Below are positions 49,993 through 60,999 of a stretch of 64,000 bases of DNA, piece after piece. The notes beneath the pieces are model-generated. The model worked only from the letters and a program-made list of their open reading frames with translations. It searched no databases and was not told the DNA's origin. Each line of letters opens with the position of its first letter. Within the stretch, counting starts at the first letter, position 1. The stretch spans positions 5,332,001 to 5,396,000 of the forward strand of contig JAYWIR010000006.1 of assembly GCA_036172245.1 (NCBI GenBank). Direction: 5' to 3'. Origin of the DNA: Raillietiella orientalis (Eukaryota). Both the position numbers and the translations under genes were made by a program.

Positions 49993-50678
49993 ATGTCCGA
50001 ATTCCAATCTGCCCTTTTACTGAGAAAACAGCTAGCAGGTATACGGATTTTATTTCTCTCGAAGTTGATACAAAAGCCATTGTTTCAGAACTGAATAAGA
50101 ATCCAGTTGAAGGTTTTTCAGCAGGGCTCCTAGATGATAATGACATATACAAATGGGCAGTCTTGATCATTGGACCTCCTGATACTCTCTAGTAAGCATA
50201 GGGAAAACGTAAAAATACATGCTTTTGTGCCATATAAGTGAAGGCGGGTTTTTTAAAGCGCATCTATATTTTCCCAAAGAATATCCTTTACGGCCTCCAA
50301 AAATGAAGTTCATTAGTGAATTGTGGCACCCTAATAGTAAGTATCCAGGTGGTTATGTGAGTTACAGTGCACATTTAGTTGATCCTAACGGGGACGTCTG
50401 TATTTCTATTCTTCATGAGCCTGGTGATGATAAGTGGGGCTACGAAAAGGCAGAAGAGCGTTGGTTGCCTGTTCACACAGTAGAAACTATTCTTATCTCT
50501 GTGATTTCCATGTTGGCTGATCCAAACGATGAAAGTCCTGCCAATGTAGATGCAGCTGTGAGTACAGCATTTGATTTGATTCTTTGCAGTGCTCTTACAG
50601 AAGGAGTGGAGAGAGAATTTCATGGAGTTTAAAAAGAAGGTAGCACAATGTGTCAGGAAAAGCCAAGAGGATTTTTAG
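49993..50678 (+). CDS. UBE2G1: Ubiquitin-conjugating enzyme E2 G1 (Ubc7 family), 167 aa, 5 exons
   Basis: Exons 49993-50038, 50089-50191, 50239-50336, 50379-50557, 50601-50678, all GT-AG. Translation [29 protein letters not shown]...[50 protein letters not shown]...VRKSQEDF*. It has HPN, the catalytic Cys and the acidic loop insertion typical of UBE2G. Inr-like TCAGTT at 49952 and AATAAA at 50986. Confidence 0.96.
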
Positions 50679-51469
50679 CATTGGGTGAATTCATTGTTCC
50701 CAAAAACATCTAGGAACAAGTAAAAATTATGTTGGAAATCTCCATGCTTGGTTATCTGCTATCAGGTGAAGAAGCAACTTGTTCTTGACTGACCCAGGGA
50801 ACTGCAGGGCAACTTCTGTGATTTACTTATTGTGCAAGGCAGTAAGCCAGAACTATGTTGAGTAGCCTGATCATCTGTTTTACCATGATTAGTGCTATTT
50901 TTCCTTATGCATATTTCCTGAGTGGATACAAGTAACAGCATCTCAGGGTAAAGCATCACTGCATCCCTGCAGTTTAGCCAAAATCAATAAAGTTGTAGCA
51001 GCAACTCCACTTATTGATGGGCTACTGGTTTGCTTTTGTTGACCATCCGTACCCTTTTTTCTCTCTCTCTCTCTCAAAAAGAAGTCAGCTAATCTCATTG
51101 TATTACAGTTTATGTTTTTCATTTTACACCCTGAAATAAGTTTGCCACACATCACAGAAGAACACACTAGTGACAATTGCAGAACCAAGACAGATGTGTT
51201 TGCTGCCAGTTTAGAAGCTTTCCTTTTTATCTCTAGACTTGTATTGTGTTATTGGCCCCAAATTTGGGATGCAAGTCAAAAGTGCATATTAATGACACGC
51301 AATTGTAGTCATCATAAACCTGTAAGGTGCCGTTTACTGGGTGGTTGTCACCCAGATCGCTAATGCCAGAGTCTGTCGGTGTAATGTGCTTGAAAAGCCA
51401 CGTTCACCCTGTCTGCTCGACCAGAGAATCTTGCAGAGCAAAGTAAGTTGCGGAATGTAGTCCCTGTTC

Positions 51470-52347
51470 TCAGTGGAATATTTGGTAGCAACCGTGAAAA
51501 CTTCGTGGGTGTAGGTCTTCTTTCGGCTTTTGAGTGTCCCTCTGCCGTTGCACTAACGACATCACTTTCTGTAATGCAGTGCTGCCTACATGCTCTTGTT
51601 CTGAGTTTGCGTGGTTGGTCGAGTCACGAGGAGGCGCTTTCCAAACACATTGAGTGCTTCCGTAGCATCTTATTCCGTCCGTACCCGTGAGCCAGACCCC
51701 AGCTTCCCAGGACCCAAATACGTGGTTTTCCATGCAGTGGCGCCATGGAAACCAGTCCCGTGGTCCGCCGCAGAACTTTTGCTCCTCGGAGCTGCAGTGG
51801 GAGTACAATTCCGTACGCAAGTCGAAAATTTTAGAACAGTCGGCAGACAAGTACCGTCTCTGCAAAGATTTGATCGATTAGCCGTGGTTCCATCCTGTGG
51901 GAACAGTGTGGGACTCAACGCTGCCCTAATTAGTATCTACCTTATCTAAAAATAGAAAAGCACGCAGAGAGGCACGAGGATTTCCACAGCAGAGAAGCAT
52001 CTCAGCTTTTGCCTTTCGTCTGTAGCTTCAGCGACCCTTCGGCTAAGCATTTGACCTCGGTGCGAGTGAAGGCGTTCGCTGGAGGACCGCTGCCATCGAA
52101 CTCACCGAGCTTTTCGACATGCCTTCCATCTTACGGAGTAAGGGGGCGTAGGAGTGGGCTCGTAGGTCCGTCCTGCGAGGAGGCCACGCTGAAATTCCTC
52201 CTCCGAGTGCTCCTTTGAGACCACGTCGCTGTCGATGCTGCACGCGAAGAGCCACGCGGAAGCGCGTCCCACGTCTCGGATCAAAAGAAGGATAACCGGG
52301 AACGTCAGTGCCAAAGTGTGTGCAATACGGAGATTCCCAAGGACCAT
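51470..52347 (-). CDS. Tentative secreted Cys-rich protein gene or pseudogene with weak C-type-lectin-like motifs; exon structure unresolved
   Basis: ATG at 52347 in an AAAAATGG context begins a hydrophobic signal-like peptide (MVLGNLRIAHTLALTFPVILLLIRDVGRASA-). Donor-like GTAAGA at 52134 and GTGAGT at 52105. Acceptor CTTTGCAG at 51860, with CTAAT just upstream, leads into a Cys/Trp-rich frame (DCSKIF...KFCGG...ENHVFGSWEAGVWLTGTDG). Several alternative splicings are possible. Confidence 0.35.
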
Positions 52348-53599
52348 TTTTTACCCTTGGCTTGAAATTTAGCGAGGTATATCCGCGCATACCATTTGCC
52401 TTTCGTAGGAGTGGGCTTTGTGTGTGCGCGAGTCGATTCAGTTTCTATGAAAGCTGCGGTGTTCGTTCCGAGCCGTTTGTAGCTAACAGCTTGGGATCCT
52501 TTGGGTTTTCACTCCGATTTGGCAGAGTGTCCGTTTATTCAAGGCTGGTTCCAAGTCGGCAGAGTGCTCGTCGGATTCAAAGAGCCACTTGAGAATGTGA
52601 ATCATGGCTTCAAGGTTTTCGTGTTTTGTCATGCTTGTGTGCAACTCTCCTGGGGCTGGCAAATTATCTGATGAAGTAATGGGGCATGGTGTGCCGTAGA
52701 ACTTCGTACAAGGAAATAAGAAGGTGCTTTTTATAAATGGAAAGGAGAACGGCGGCGCACGTGGGATCGAGAAAGGCTAACGTGGAAAGACGTGAAACCC
52801 ATGCACCATTTCTACTTCGACTTGCAAATCTTCCATCATAATCTATAGACATAATCTGTAGACATCGATATATAGAAATCGATATCACAACGGGTCATGA
52901 TGAGTCATGTGGCGATAGCGACATTGATGAAAAGGAAAAGCACACATTCGCTGAAGTCACTTAGCAGTATCTGAGGAGTGACGAGGTTCCGGTCAGAAAA
53001 CTGCTTGCCTGCTTCGCCTTCCCGAGCACTGGACCAAAATCTTTAGCGATCGTCTCCGATCTTCTGCATCCGGTAAATCGTAGGAGCAGATCAAATTTTT
53101 GGAGCCAGTTGACCTAGATCATTTATCGAGCATACTCCACCATAATCTCTCCATACATCGCAGGTTCTGTGAGATTTGTTCCAGACAAGGCTTTTCTCTT
53201 CCCACGAGCTCGCCTTGCACGGTCCAGAAGCTTCAGATTCGAGCAAGCACGGAAAGTAAGGGGGCAAAAAAAAGAGGCGTTCGGTCCAAAAGTTCGTGAA
53301 CTCCACGTCTGAGCATCCCCATCATGAGAACTGTCCCCTTCTAAAACCGAATGCAGGGTGTTTTGCACAGAAATATGGAAAAATTCCAACAAAGACATAT
53401 GACGAAAGCGCCTGTATGTCGGGAGATCACCACATTATGTGAAGAGGATCGGGAAGGGTTCGGATGTTGCCTTGGTTTTCCTAGATGTGAAGCATCTGAG
53501 ACGCTCATGAAAGTGAATCCACGAAGCTCACAGCATCAAGCAAAACAAGACAACGAGTTTGCGTGAAAGCACGTAAAATGCACGTGAAATTTGTTGTGC

Positions 53600-53628
53600 A
53601 TATAGATAGATAGATAGATATAGATATG
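53600..53628 (+). repeat. (GATA)n microsatellite
   Basis: TAGATAGATAGATAGATATAGATA read directly. Confidence 0.85.
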
Positions 53629-53769
53629 TGCGTGTTCGTATTGTTTACCATTCTATTTTAAAACATACGTGAATATGTCGCATCCATGAGAAAATTTTCT
53701 CTGCTCATGATGAGGATGGTGAGAAACGAAGATGAGAAGTCCTGAGGTGCGCAAAGCGCCCTCCTCGTC

Positions 53770-54560
53770 AAGCGCAAAAAATAAGGACTGCGCGTGGGTT
53801 TGCCCTTCGCCTCCGCGTATTCCATCGAGTGCAGCGCTGCCGATGGATTTTACGAGCTCTATCCAAGTGTAGTTGGCTTATCCTCCAGCAGTCGAATTGG
53901 GTTCGCTTACCTAAAGGACAGGACCTTCCCGAGGGAAGTACTGCGCGGGGAGAGCGGAAGAAACGTGCGGCGCCTGACTTCATGGAAGAACTGCGCGTCC
54001 CTGAAAGGAAACGGGAAGCGAGGCAGATTGGGAAGTGACCCGCCGGAGACACCACCGCTGCGGCGGCGGTAGAGTGAGGCGCTTTCCTCCGGGAACGGAC
54101 CGCCCTCCTCTTGGTGCCCCATGAGAGGAGCGGCCCACGCGCCAGCGAGGAGCGCACGTTTCTTCCGCTCTCCCCGCACAGTACTTCCCTCGGGAAGGTC
54201 CTGTCCTTTAGGTACGCGAACCCAATTCGACTGCTGGAGCCCGCGCCTCGCGACGTATCTGACCCGGGGCAGCATTGGGCCAGGACGTTGGCTTAGAGCG
54301 GCGGGTTCGCAGACCCTGTGGGAAGAAGTCTGTCCGCCTCCTCCTCGGCAAGCGAGCATGGATATCGATCCCTTCCCTTTTCTTGTCCGGTGCACGAGGC
54401 ATGAAGATCGGAGAAGCTCCCAAATCTCCAGATCTGTGGCGCACGTATCTCATGGCGTCCCGCTGTATCCGCCCGGCTACAATCAGGACTTCACACTGCG
54501 CGGAACGCCGCGGTCACCTGCCATGGCGCTGAACTGTGTCAAGTTCCGTGAGAAAGCGTC
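53770..54560 (+). mobile_element. Probable decayed LINE ORF2 fragment containing an internal inverted duplication
   Basis: GC-rich island in AT-rich DNA with weak L1-like peptide remnants. It contains the 87-bp inverted repeat listed separately. Confidence 0.3.
53883..54239. repeat. 87-bp near-perfect inverted repeat with a 183-bp spacer
   Basis: 53883-53969 is the reverse complement of 54153-54239 with 2 mismatches. Confidence 0.95.
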
Positions 54561-55249
54561 TCGGTGAAGAGTACGAAAGGGCTATCCATGCAGATGAATA
54601 GCTCACAGATGATGTAGAAAATCTGAAGGAGGAAAGAATGGAGATTTTCGGTGAAGATTCCCACCCACCCACTCACCCCACCGTGTCAGCAGAGGTTTGC
54701 GAGAACGCAGCGGGAGTATCCTTACCGATTACCAAGCTGTAGACGAGCTCTCCCCCCTTCCCCCCCCCCCCCCTCGATCTTTCCTTTCGTGAGCTTAAGC
54801 GACAATATGACTCCCCGGTGGAATCACTGATCCTCTCTCTCCTTTCTGCCTGGAGACGAGCCGGTCGCTTGGGAGACGGCGCTCTTTCCAGCCTCGGCGT
54901 TGCCCGGGGTGTTTGCTTGGGTGATGGTGGTGGTGCAGGCGACGGAGGTGCTCCTGTTCCCCTGGCTCGCTCCCACTCTGAAAGCCGGCCTACCGAGCGC
55001 AGCATCCGTTCAAACCTCGACTCCGGTCGGACTCCCAGAGAAACGAACGTCCGCTATCCCAGGCTGCACTTCTGCCGACCCGTCCAAGTCGATCCCGAAC
55101 GACTGCAGATTGTGGGCTGCTTGATGGAGCTTTCGCCATGACAAAGGACCAACCGCTTGAAGCGTTTCACGATCTTCCCTTGGCCACAGTCCGCTTCTCG
55201 GCAGTCTCAGGAGGTCGAACTGTTGCAGAAGGAGCGAGAGAGCTCTCTC

Positions 55250-55348
55250 ATTAGAAAAATTCACATACTGCCCATTAGTGAAAATCACATACTTCACATT
55301 AGAGAGACAAATATTTCTCTAATGAGAAGTATGTGTCTCTCTAATGGA
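55250..55348. repeat. Small foldback made of ~24-bp tandem units
   Basis: ATTAG...CACATACT units. 55286-55305 pairs with 55316-55335 at 19/20 positions. Confidence 0.8.
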
Positions 55349-56049
55349 AAATATTAAAGAAAAATATTGCTCACAAAGCTCCCTGTGGCTGCTTTATGAG
55401 AAACTGCGGATGAGCAGTGGTGGAGGTGATAGGTTCATATCCAGATCAGGGGACTGGAAAGAAAACGAAGCAACAGGGAGTAGACAGAAGATAAGACGCG
55501 GATGGCTTTAATCCATCCTTTTATCATATTAAAGAACGGATGGAATTCAGTGGAAAGGAATGTGGAGATATGTTTTTTTGGCGGGAAGGTCGAATGCTCT
55601 ATGGACTGACTATGTTTGACACGGTATGACATAGTTTTGTCATCTTCAGTCAATGTGGAGGCACAGAGATCGATGACAGCAGACTCGCAAGGGTTTCAGC
55701 TGACGGAAACCTGCAGTCGGCTGTCATGGCCAGGCGGCTAAGGTGCCCTTTCTGAAGTGCAAAAATCAGTAATGAAAGCTTTCAGCGGAAAACCGGTATA
55801 CCCATGGTTTCTTCATAGACGAAGCGTACTGCGAATAGAGTCTTAGATCTCATGAATCTGCTCTCTGTTAATTAGCGATTAAGAAATCTAAGGTCAAGTC
55901 TCCATGCTCTCAGGCGCAAAGATGTGATCCGTCGGTTTGAGATGGAGAAGTGGTGACAGCAACTTTTCGCTACCTGTACCGAAAGAACTGTTCACTGCTG
56001 ATGATAGTAGGTACATTTTGTTGATCCCGTTTCTCAATGTCTCTATAGA

Positions 56050-56950
56050 TCAGTCGTCGTAGGACTCCTCCACGACCGAAAGAAAGAAGCGGAGTTCTTA
56101 GGCATCGGACCCAAGCCGAAGACGCTGCCAACATGAAAGGTTGCCTTTCTCATTTTCGCGGAACTGAATCTCCTCTGTGAATGTTCGTCCTCATCCCAGG
56201 TGGTCAGCCAATCGAGTAACGAGGGATTACAAACGAGGGATGCGCGACAGAGGCTGCTTATTGAGGATGATGGCTGGAAACCTGATAGGAACAATCTTCG
56301 CCACCTCTGTGTTGGTGGCGCTTATTAAGTCCCAACTGCAGCACTTGTGGCAGAAAAGAGCTCCTTCCCGCACTTGCTCGTGGATTGTGTTGACCTCCTC
56401 CTGTGGGAGCGCTTTGCCGCGTCCCTGCGGATCTCCGAGGGCAGCCCCAGAGACCTTCTGGAGCGCCTCTTCCAGCGCGACGCCATCACGCCAGCCGCAT
56501 CCCTAGCAGCACTTCGCTGCCAACGCGGGATCGTGGCTGCATGGGGCAACGCCAGATGTGGCCAGGACGACAGGGACGCCATCTACTTTGCTGTCCTCTT
56601 CATGAGGATAGCGTCAAGATGGCCCTATCTGGGAACCTTAAAACAGGAACTTGCCGGCATCCTGCAAAGGATGCAGAGGACGCCCTTCAGCACCCCGTGA
56701 TCCCTTCCCGAACCCTCCCATTTTTTTGAGTACAGTTTTTTTTTGCACATTTTTTTGTTTCATTTTTCTTTTTTGTTGTTTCCTCTTCCCCTCTGCTCCC
56801 GTGGCGAACCTCGCCGTCCTGCGTGCCAGTACTCAGCAGGTTTCTTTTATTATATTTATAAGGTGGCAAGACCAAGAGTCCTGTCATTGACCTGTGTGTT
56901 TATTTTTTTTATATAAATAAACGCCCCGTAGCAACCGGGTGTCAAACCAA
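56050..56950 (+). mobile_element. 3' fragment of an L1/Tx1-like non-LTR retrotransposon (ORF2 C-terminus and 3' UTR)
   Basis: Frameshifted CCHC finger PNCSTCGRKELL/HLLVDC, then RWPYLGTLKQELAGILQRM, a T-rich 3' UTR and terminal AAACGCCCCG...ACCGGGTG. Alignable by eye to the copies at 7.3-8.2 kb and 20.9-21.7 kb. The 5' boundary is approximate. Confidence 0.65.
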
Positions 56951-57599
56951 TGGAATCGACGGCGGTCAACCATGAGATCCATTTGAAACACCTAAAGGTT
57001 CGATCCGCCTGTTTGAACTCTTCGGCTTCTGTAAAGGTCGTACGAAGGACGAATGCTGATCCAATGGTATTTCAAATAATCGTACGAAGGACTTATGAAG
57101 AAGGCACCGTGTCGTCCTTACAGAATGCCTTCGACGGCATTCGCACCGTCTCCAGGTCGTTAGTCTTCGAGAAAACCTGTGCTCAAAATCGCGAAATTCG
57201 CAAGAGTTTGGAAAACGAGCAGCATAAATTGGAAGGGGTTCTTTAATTAAATTTAATTAACCGTGATTGTCCGGAGCCAGGGAAACAGCTAGGTGAGAAC
57301 CGTGACATCAGTGAAAGTATGAAACCATAAGAAAACCAGTAGAGGATCGGAAGGAAATCTCAGAAAGCTATGTGAAAGAACCAACACGTATAAATGCGTG
57401 GTCGACCTTCAAACTTCACATCAGAATAAAGATAACTCATAAGTAACATATCGGCAGTGACAACTATGTAGAATACAAAAACGTGATCGCCATAATGTTT
57501 TATAACCTCCTTTGGTCTCATCTGATCTGGATGTGCATTGCAGTTGATTCTGTGGAAATCAGATAACCGAATTATAATAACGCATTCATAAAGGGTACT

Positions 57600-58600
57600 T
57601 ATCGAGAGCAGTCCAGCATCCATTTGTCGGAAATTTTGCATGTGGCATTTGCATTCCTGTTCTTGTGTACGTGGAAATGGCGAAGTTGGACGAGCCGCCT
57701 TTGCAATTTTTCCCACGATTTCCTGGAAAACCCACTATGTGATGAATATTCTGAGGGGAAGAAGGGAAAAAAAATCAATTTGCAAATTTCCGGTTTCGAA
57801 ATTGGCCAAGGAATCATTGAAATAGTTTTCCGTTCGTGCAATCTTAACTGCGCTCATTTACCGTATGATGGATTAAAATTCCGACGGAGTTGATGTCCGT
57901 CGCTCCCCTAAACCAACCGCCCTCGCCTTTCGAAGTGAGCAATTCATCTCTTCCCAAAAAATTGCTGCTTCCATACTTTCAAGTGGTTTCCCGAGGTAAG
58001 CCGTGAACCAAAGTCACTCTTCCCTTTGGCTTCCCTAGAGGTTTTGTCCATTTCACGACCTCAACACTTTTCATTCCTCCTAATTTGCCCTCTGAAGGAC
58101 TGTAGGTGTCACCCTAAGTAGCAGGTCAATTTCGGTAATAAATTTCCTTTCACGTCCAGGGATTCGAGCATAATAGCCACAAGCATAATAGCATTCGTCA
58201 ATGTGGAATATCCAAGGAGCAGATCAGCTGACGTGTTATTTTTATTATCCCTTACGTACTAGGACCAGACTGCCAAGTACAACGCTGATATTCTACACTG
58301 TACAAGTGAGAACGTTGGGACGTTATAATTTTCTGACACGTTGGAAAACTCGGAATCATCATTTGCTGTAGCAGATCGTATGTGGAGTAACTCCTGAAGC
58401 ATAGATGAGGCCAGAGGTAATGTACTGATGCCCGAACCCCGTACACGCGCTCAACACGAACATACATTCAGTTGAAGACACGAACACAGCTGAAGAGTGC
58501 ACGCTGCTCGCGATGCTCTCTTCAGGACACATTCCATTGCCTCGTGTTTGAAAAGTCATCAGATCCCGAGGTACGCAGTTTGCTTAGAAATCAAAGGGTC
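57600..58600 (-). pseudogene. Possible decayed PAN/apple plus C-type-lectin-like gene
   Basis: Frameshifted fragments with splice-like boundaries: a Cys-spaced segment (MCPEES...ECMFVLSACTGFGHQY), then KTSREAK...GSRLTS and GWFRGATDINSVG followed by a GTAAAT donor. These resemble the CTL motifs 'eA..C..g.L' and 'W.GatD'. Motif resemblance only. Confidence 0.25.
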
Positions 58601-60999
58601 GAAGAAGGGTTCTGCAGATAATTTTTGAGAGTGTTTTCTCTCTCCCTTTCCCCAATTCTAAATACGAAAAGGAAGGTCAGATTACAACAGTAATCGTGAA
58701 ATCTCCAGAAATATGGAGCACGTAAAAGAGAAGCTCTGATTTTAAAACAGCGCCTCAGTAAGTGACAGCCAAATAACGATTTGATGATATTTCAGTTTGA
58801 ATCTGCATTCTTTGCAAGCCAAATATACTCTCTCTAAGTAATGGGACTTTTTTTCCAGTTCTTTTTTATTAATCTGAATCATATGCTGATGTTTATTTAA
58901 TACTGTGCTAGCCCATCAGATTGGCTTATTATTACACATTGGCAGCGACGAAAAAAAGTAATAGTCTTGCAAACAATTTTGCCATAAAGTGTTGCGAATG
59001 CAAATAGATGAACTTTCCAACGAAATATCTATTTCTGAATGTGGCAATCATTTGGCTACTCTGGGTCATGGTAGAAACGGTTTGAGTAGGCAATGGTACA
59101 TTACATGTTCCCCCCCCCCCCTTGTAATTCAATTGAACACCACTTGGATCCAAAAAAAAAAAGTATGAGCGCATATACATCTACAAATCGTTCCAAATTT
59201 GCACGTGTATATTTTTTTGTGTGTGGACATGAAAAGCCATCAAAGTGGGGGAACGTTTGAAGAGCCTTGCGAAAGGGGTGGACAAAGTGCTCTACTTTCG
59301 TTACATATGGAATACTTTGTAGAAAGCATTTGTTCTCTTGATAGTCTCGCATAGAATGAATATAATCGTCCCACAAAACTTAACAAAATTCAAAATCTCT
59401 GGATCAGATTGAAAAGCAATAGATAGGCATCATCTATCTTTTGTCGGACTGGCTTGTTCTGTTTCATAATTGGATGTTGTTCTCCACCACCCTACATCAT
59501 TAAATTATCCGTATTTTCTATTAAGCCATCCAGGCGAATGAAATAAATTCAAGGAATACCTTTTCCTTCTTTCTTTTTGTTTCTTTTGATTTTTTTTCTG
59601 CCGCAGCGGTACACAGAGAGTACGTTTTTTCCCCTTGAGGGCTGGTTCGTGATTTTCCAAAGGCACGTTGGAAAGGCGGTTCCCTACAGCTTGACGGCTG
59701 TCAAAGTCTCATGGATGTTCTGTGTTCATCTGCTTTGGATGCCACATATACACCAAGGCCGAGGTACGAAGGGGTGATTTCCTTTTCGAAGGAAAATGAA
59801 ACTCTGTTCGTGAATGCAGCCGGCGGCTGCCAAAAGGCGACGTGGACGCCTCTCGGCCGCCAACTGCTTTCAAACCATCAAACCACACTTATCTTCCTCG
59901 AATGCAGAAAACGATAAGATAAAAACGGCGTCATCCACGGACATCTGCAAAGGGTCCGACTTGCCCGTGGGGGGCGGGGGAGGGGGAACACTTCTGCCGA
60001 CACACAAAAAAGTTGCTCAATCAAATCGGTGTGCCGACAATCGCAAAGTGCTGAAGCACAGTGCATGCAATTGCACGGATGGTGTTGTTGCATGCCGAGT
60101 GGAAAATAAAACTTGGAAGGGGGAAGGGGGGGGGGGGGAGGGAGAGAGAGAGAGAGAGAGCAGAAACAAACAGAAAAAAAAAAAAATGCTCATCCTACCG
60201 AAATACGGTAACCTGGGGAAGAAAGGATGCTGCTGGTGGGGAAGGCCTCCGCCGCCGCCGCCTTGGTATTTTTAAGCCCAACCGGAGTGCTTCCAGGAGC
60301 CGAGGACGCGTTCCCGGAAGCGCTCGCGGGTCCCTTTGCTCGGTTCCTCCTTGCTGCCGTCCCCTGCATTTTTCTGGGCCCACAGCACCGGGGGGGCCGC
60401 GGTTGGTACGAAAGCGAGCCGAGCCCCGCGTAACGTGACAAAGAGTTGGGCCCCCACGGCTGCACTCGGGTGGCAAAGAATTGTCTGCACAGTGTCGGTG
60501 TGCCTTTCCGCGGCTCTGCACACAGTAGAAAAACAATTTGCACATCACGTTGTTTGGCCTTTGTTTGTTTGCTTGCCTTTTTTTTTTTTTTTTTTTTTTT
60601 CTTTTGCTTTGCTTGCCTTTTTTTTCTTTTTTTTTTAAAAAAATAAAAATGTGGTTCAAATGAATGCTACCCCGGTTTTTACCTTTGTCGTTACAACAAA
60701 TCTTAAGCAGTTCGAATTTGAGGGGGGGGAAAAAAAAAAAAAAAATGATTTTGCACCAGCATGTATACGGTATTTTTGAATGAATAGGTGTTTCGATGAA
60801 TGGGGTGATTGGTATAATACAGTCTACTGCAGATCAGCATTTGAAGGAAAAAAAACTGCTGCAATGACTCTGCATCTTGCAGTTGTGATCAGTGAATATT
60901 CTTATTTGGTAGTTTTGTGACGGTTTGAACGTAGCTCCCAGACACTGATATACGTCTACCCCTTCAAATCAATTTGGTTATGATGAAAAGTCACTGAGT

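Noticed and set aside
52898..52975. C/D-box snoRNA candidate (ATGATGA...CTGA); a shorter one at ~53707-53745
   Set aside because: No terminal stem, no recognisable rRNA guide and no clear host intron. The second candidate is too short.
57030..57130. Repeated TCGTACGAAGGAC (two copies ~42 bp apart)
   Set aside because: Too short to classify; probably a fragment of a common repeat.
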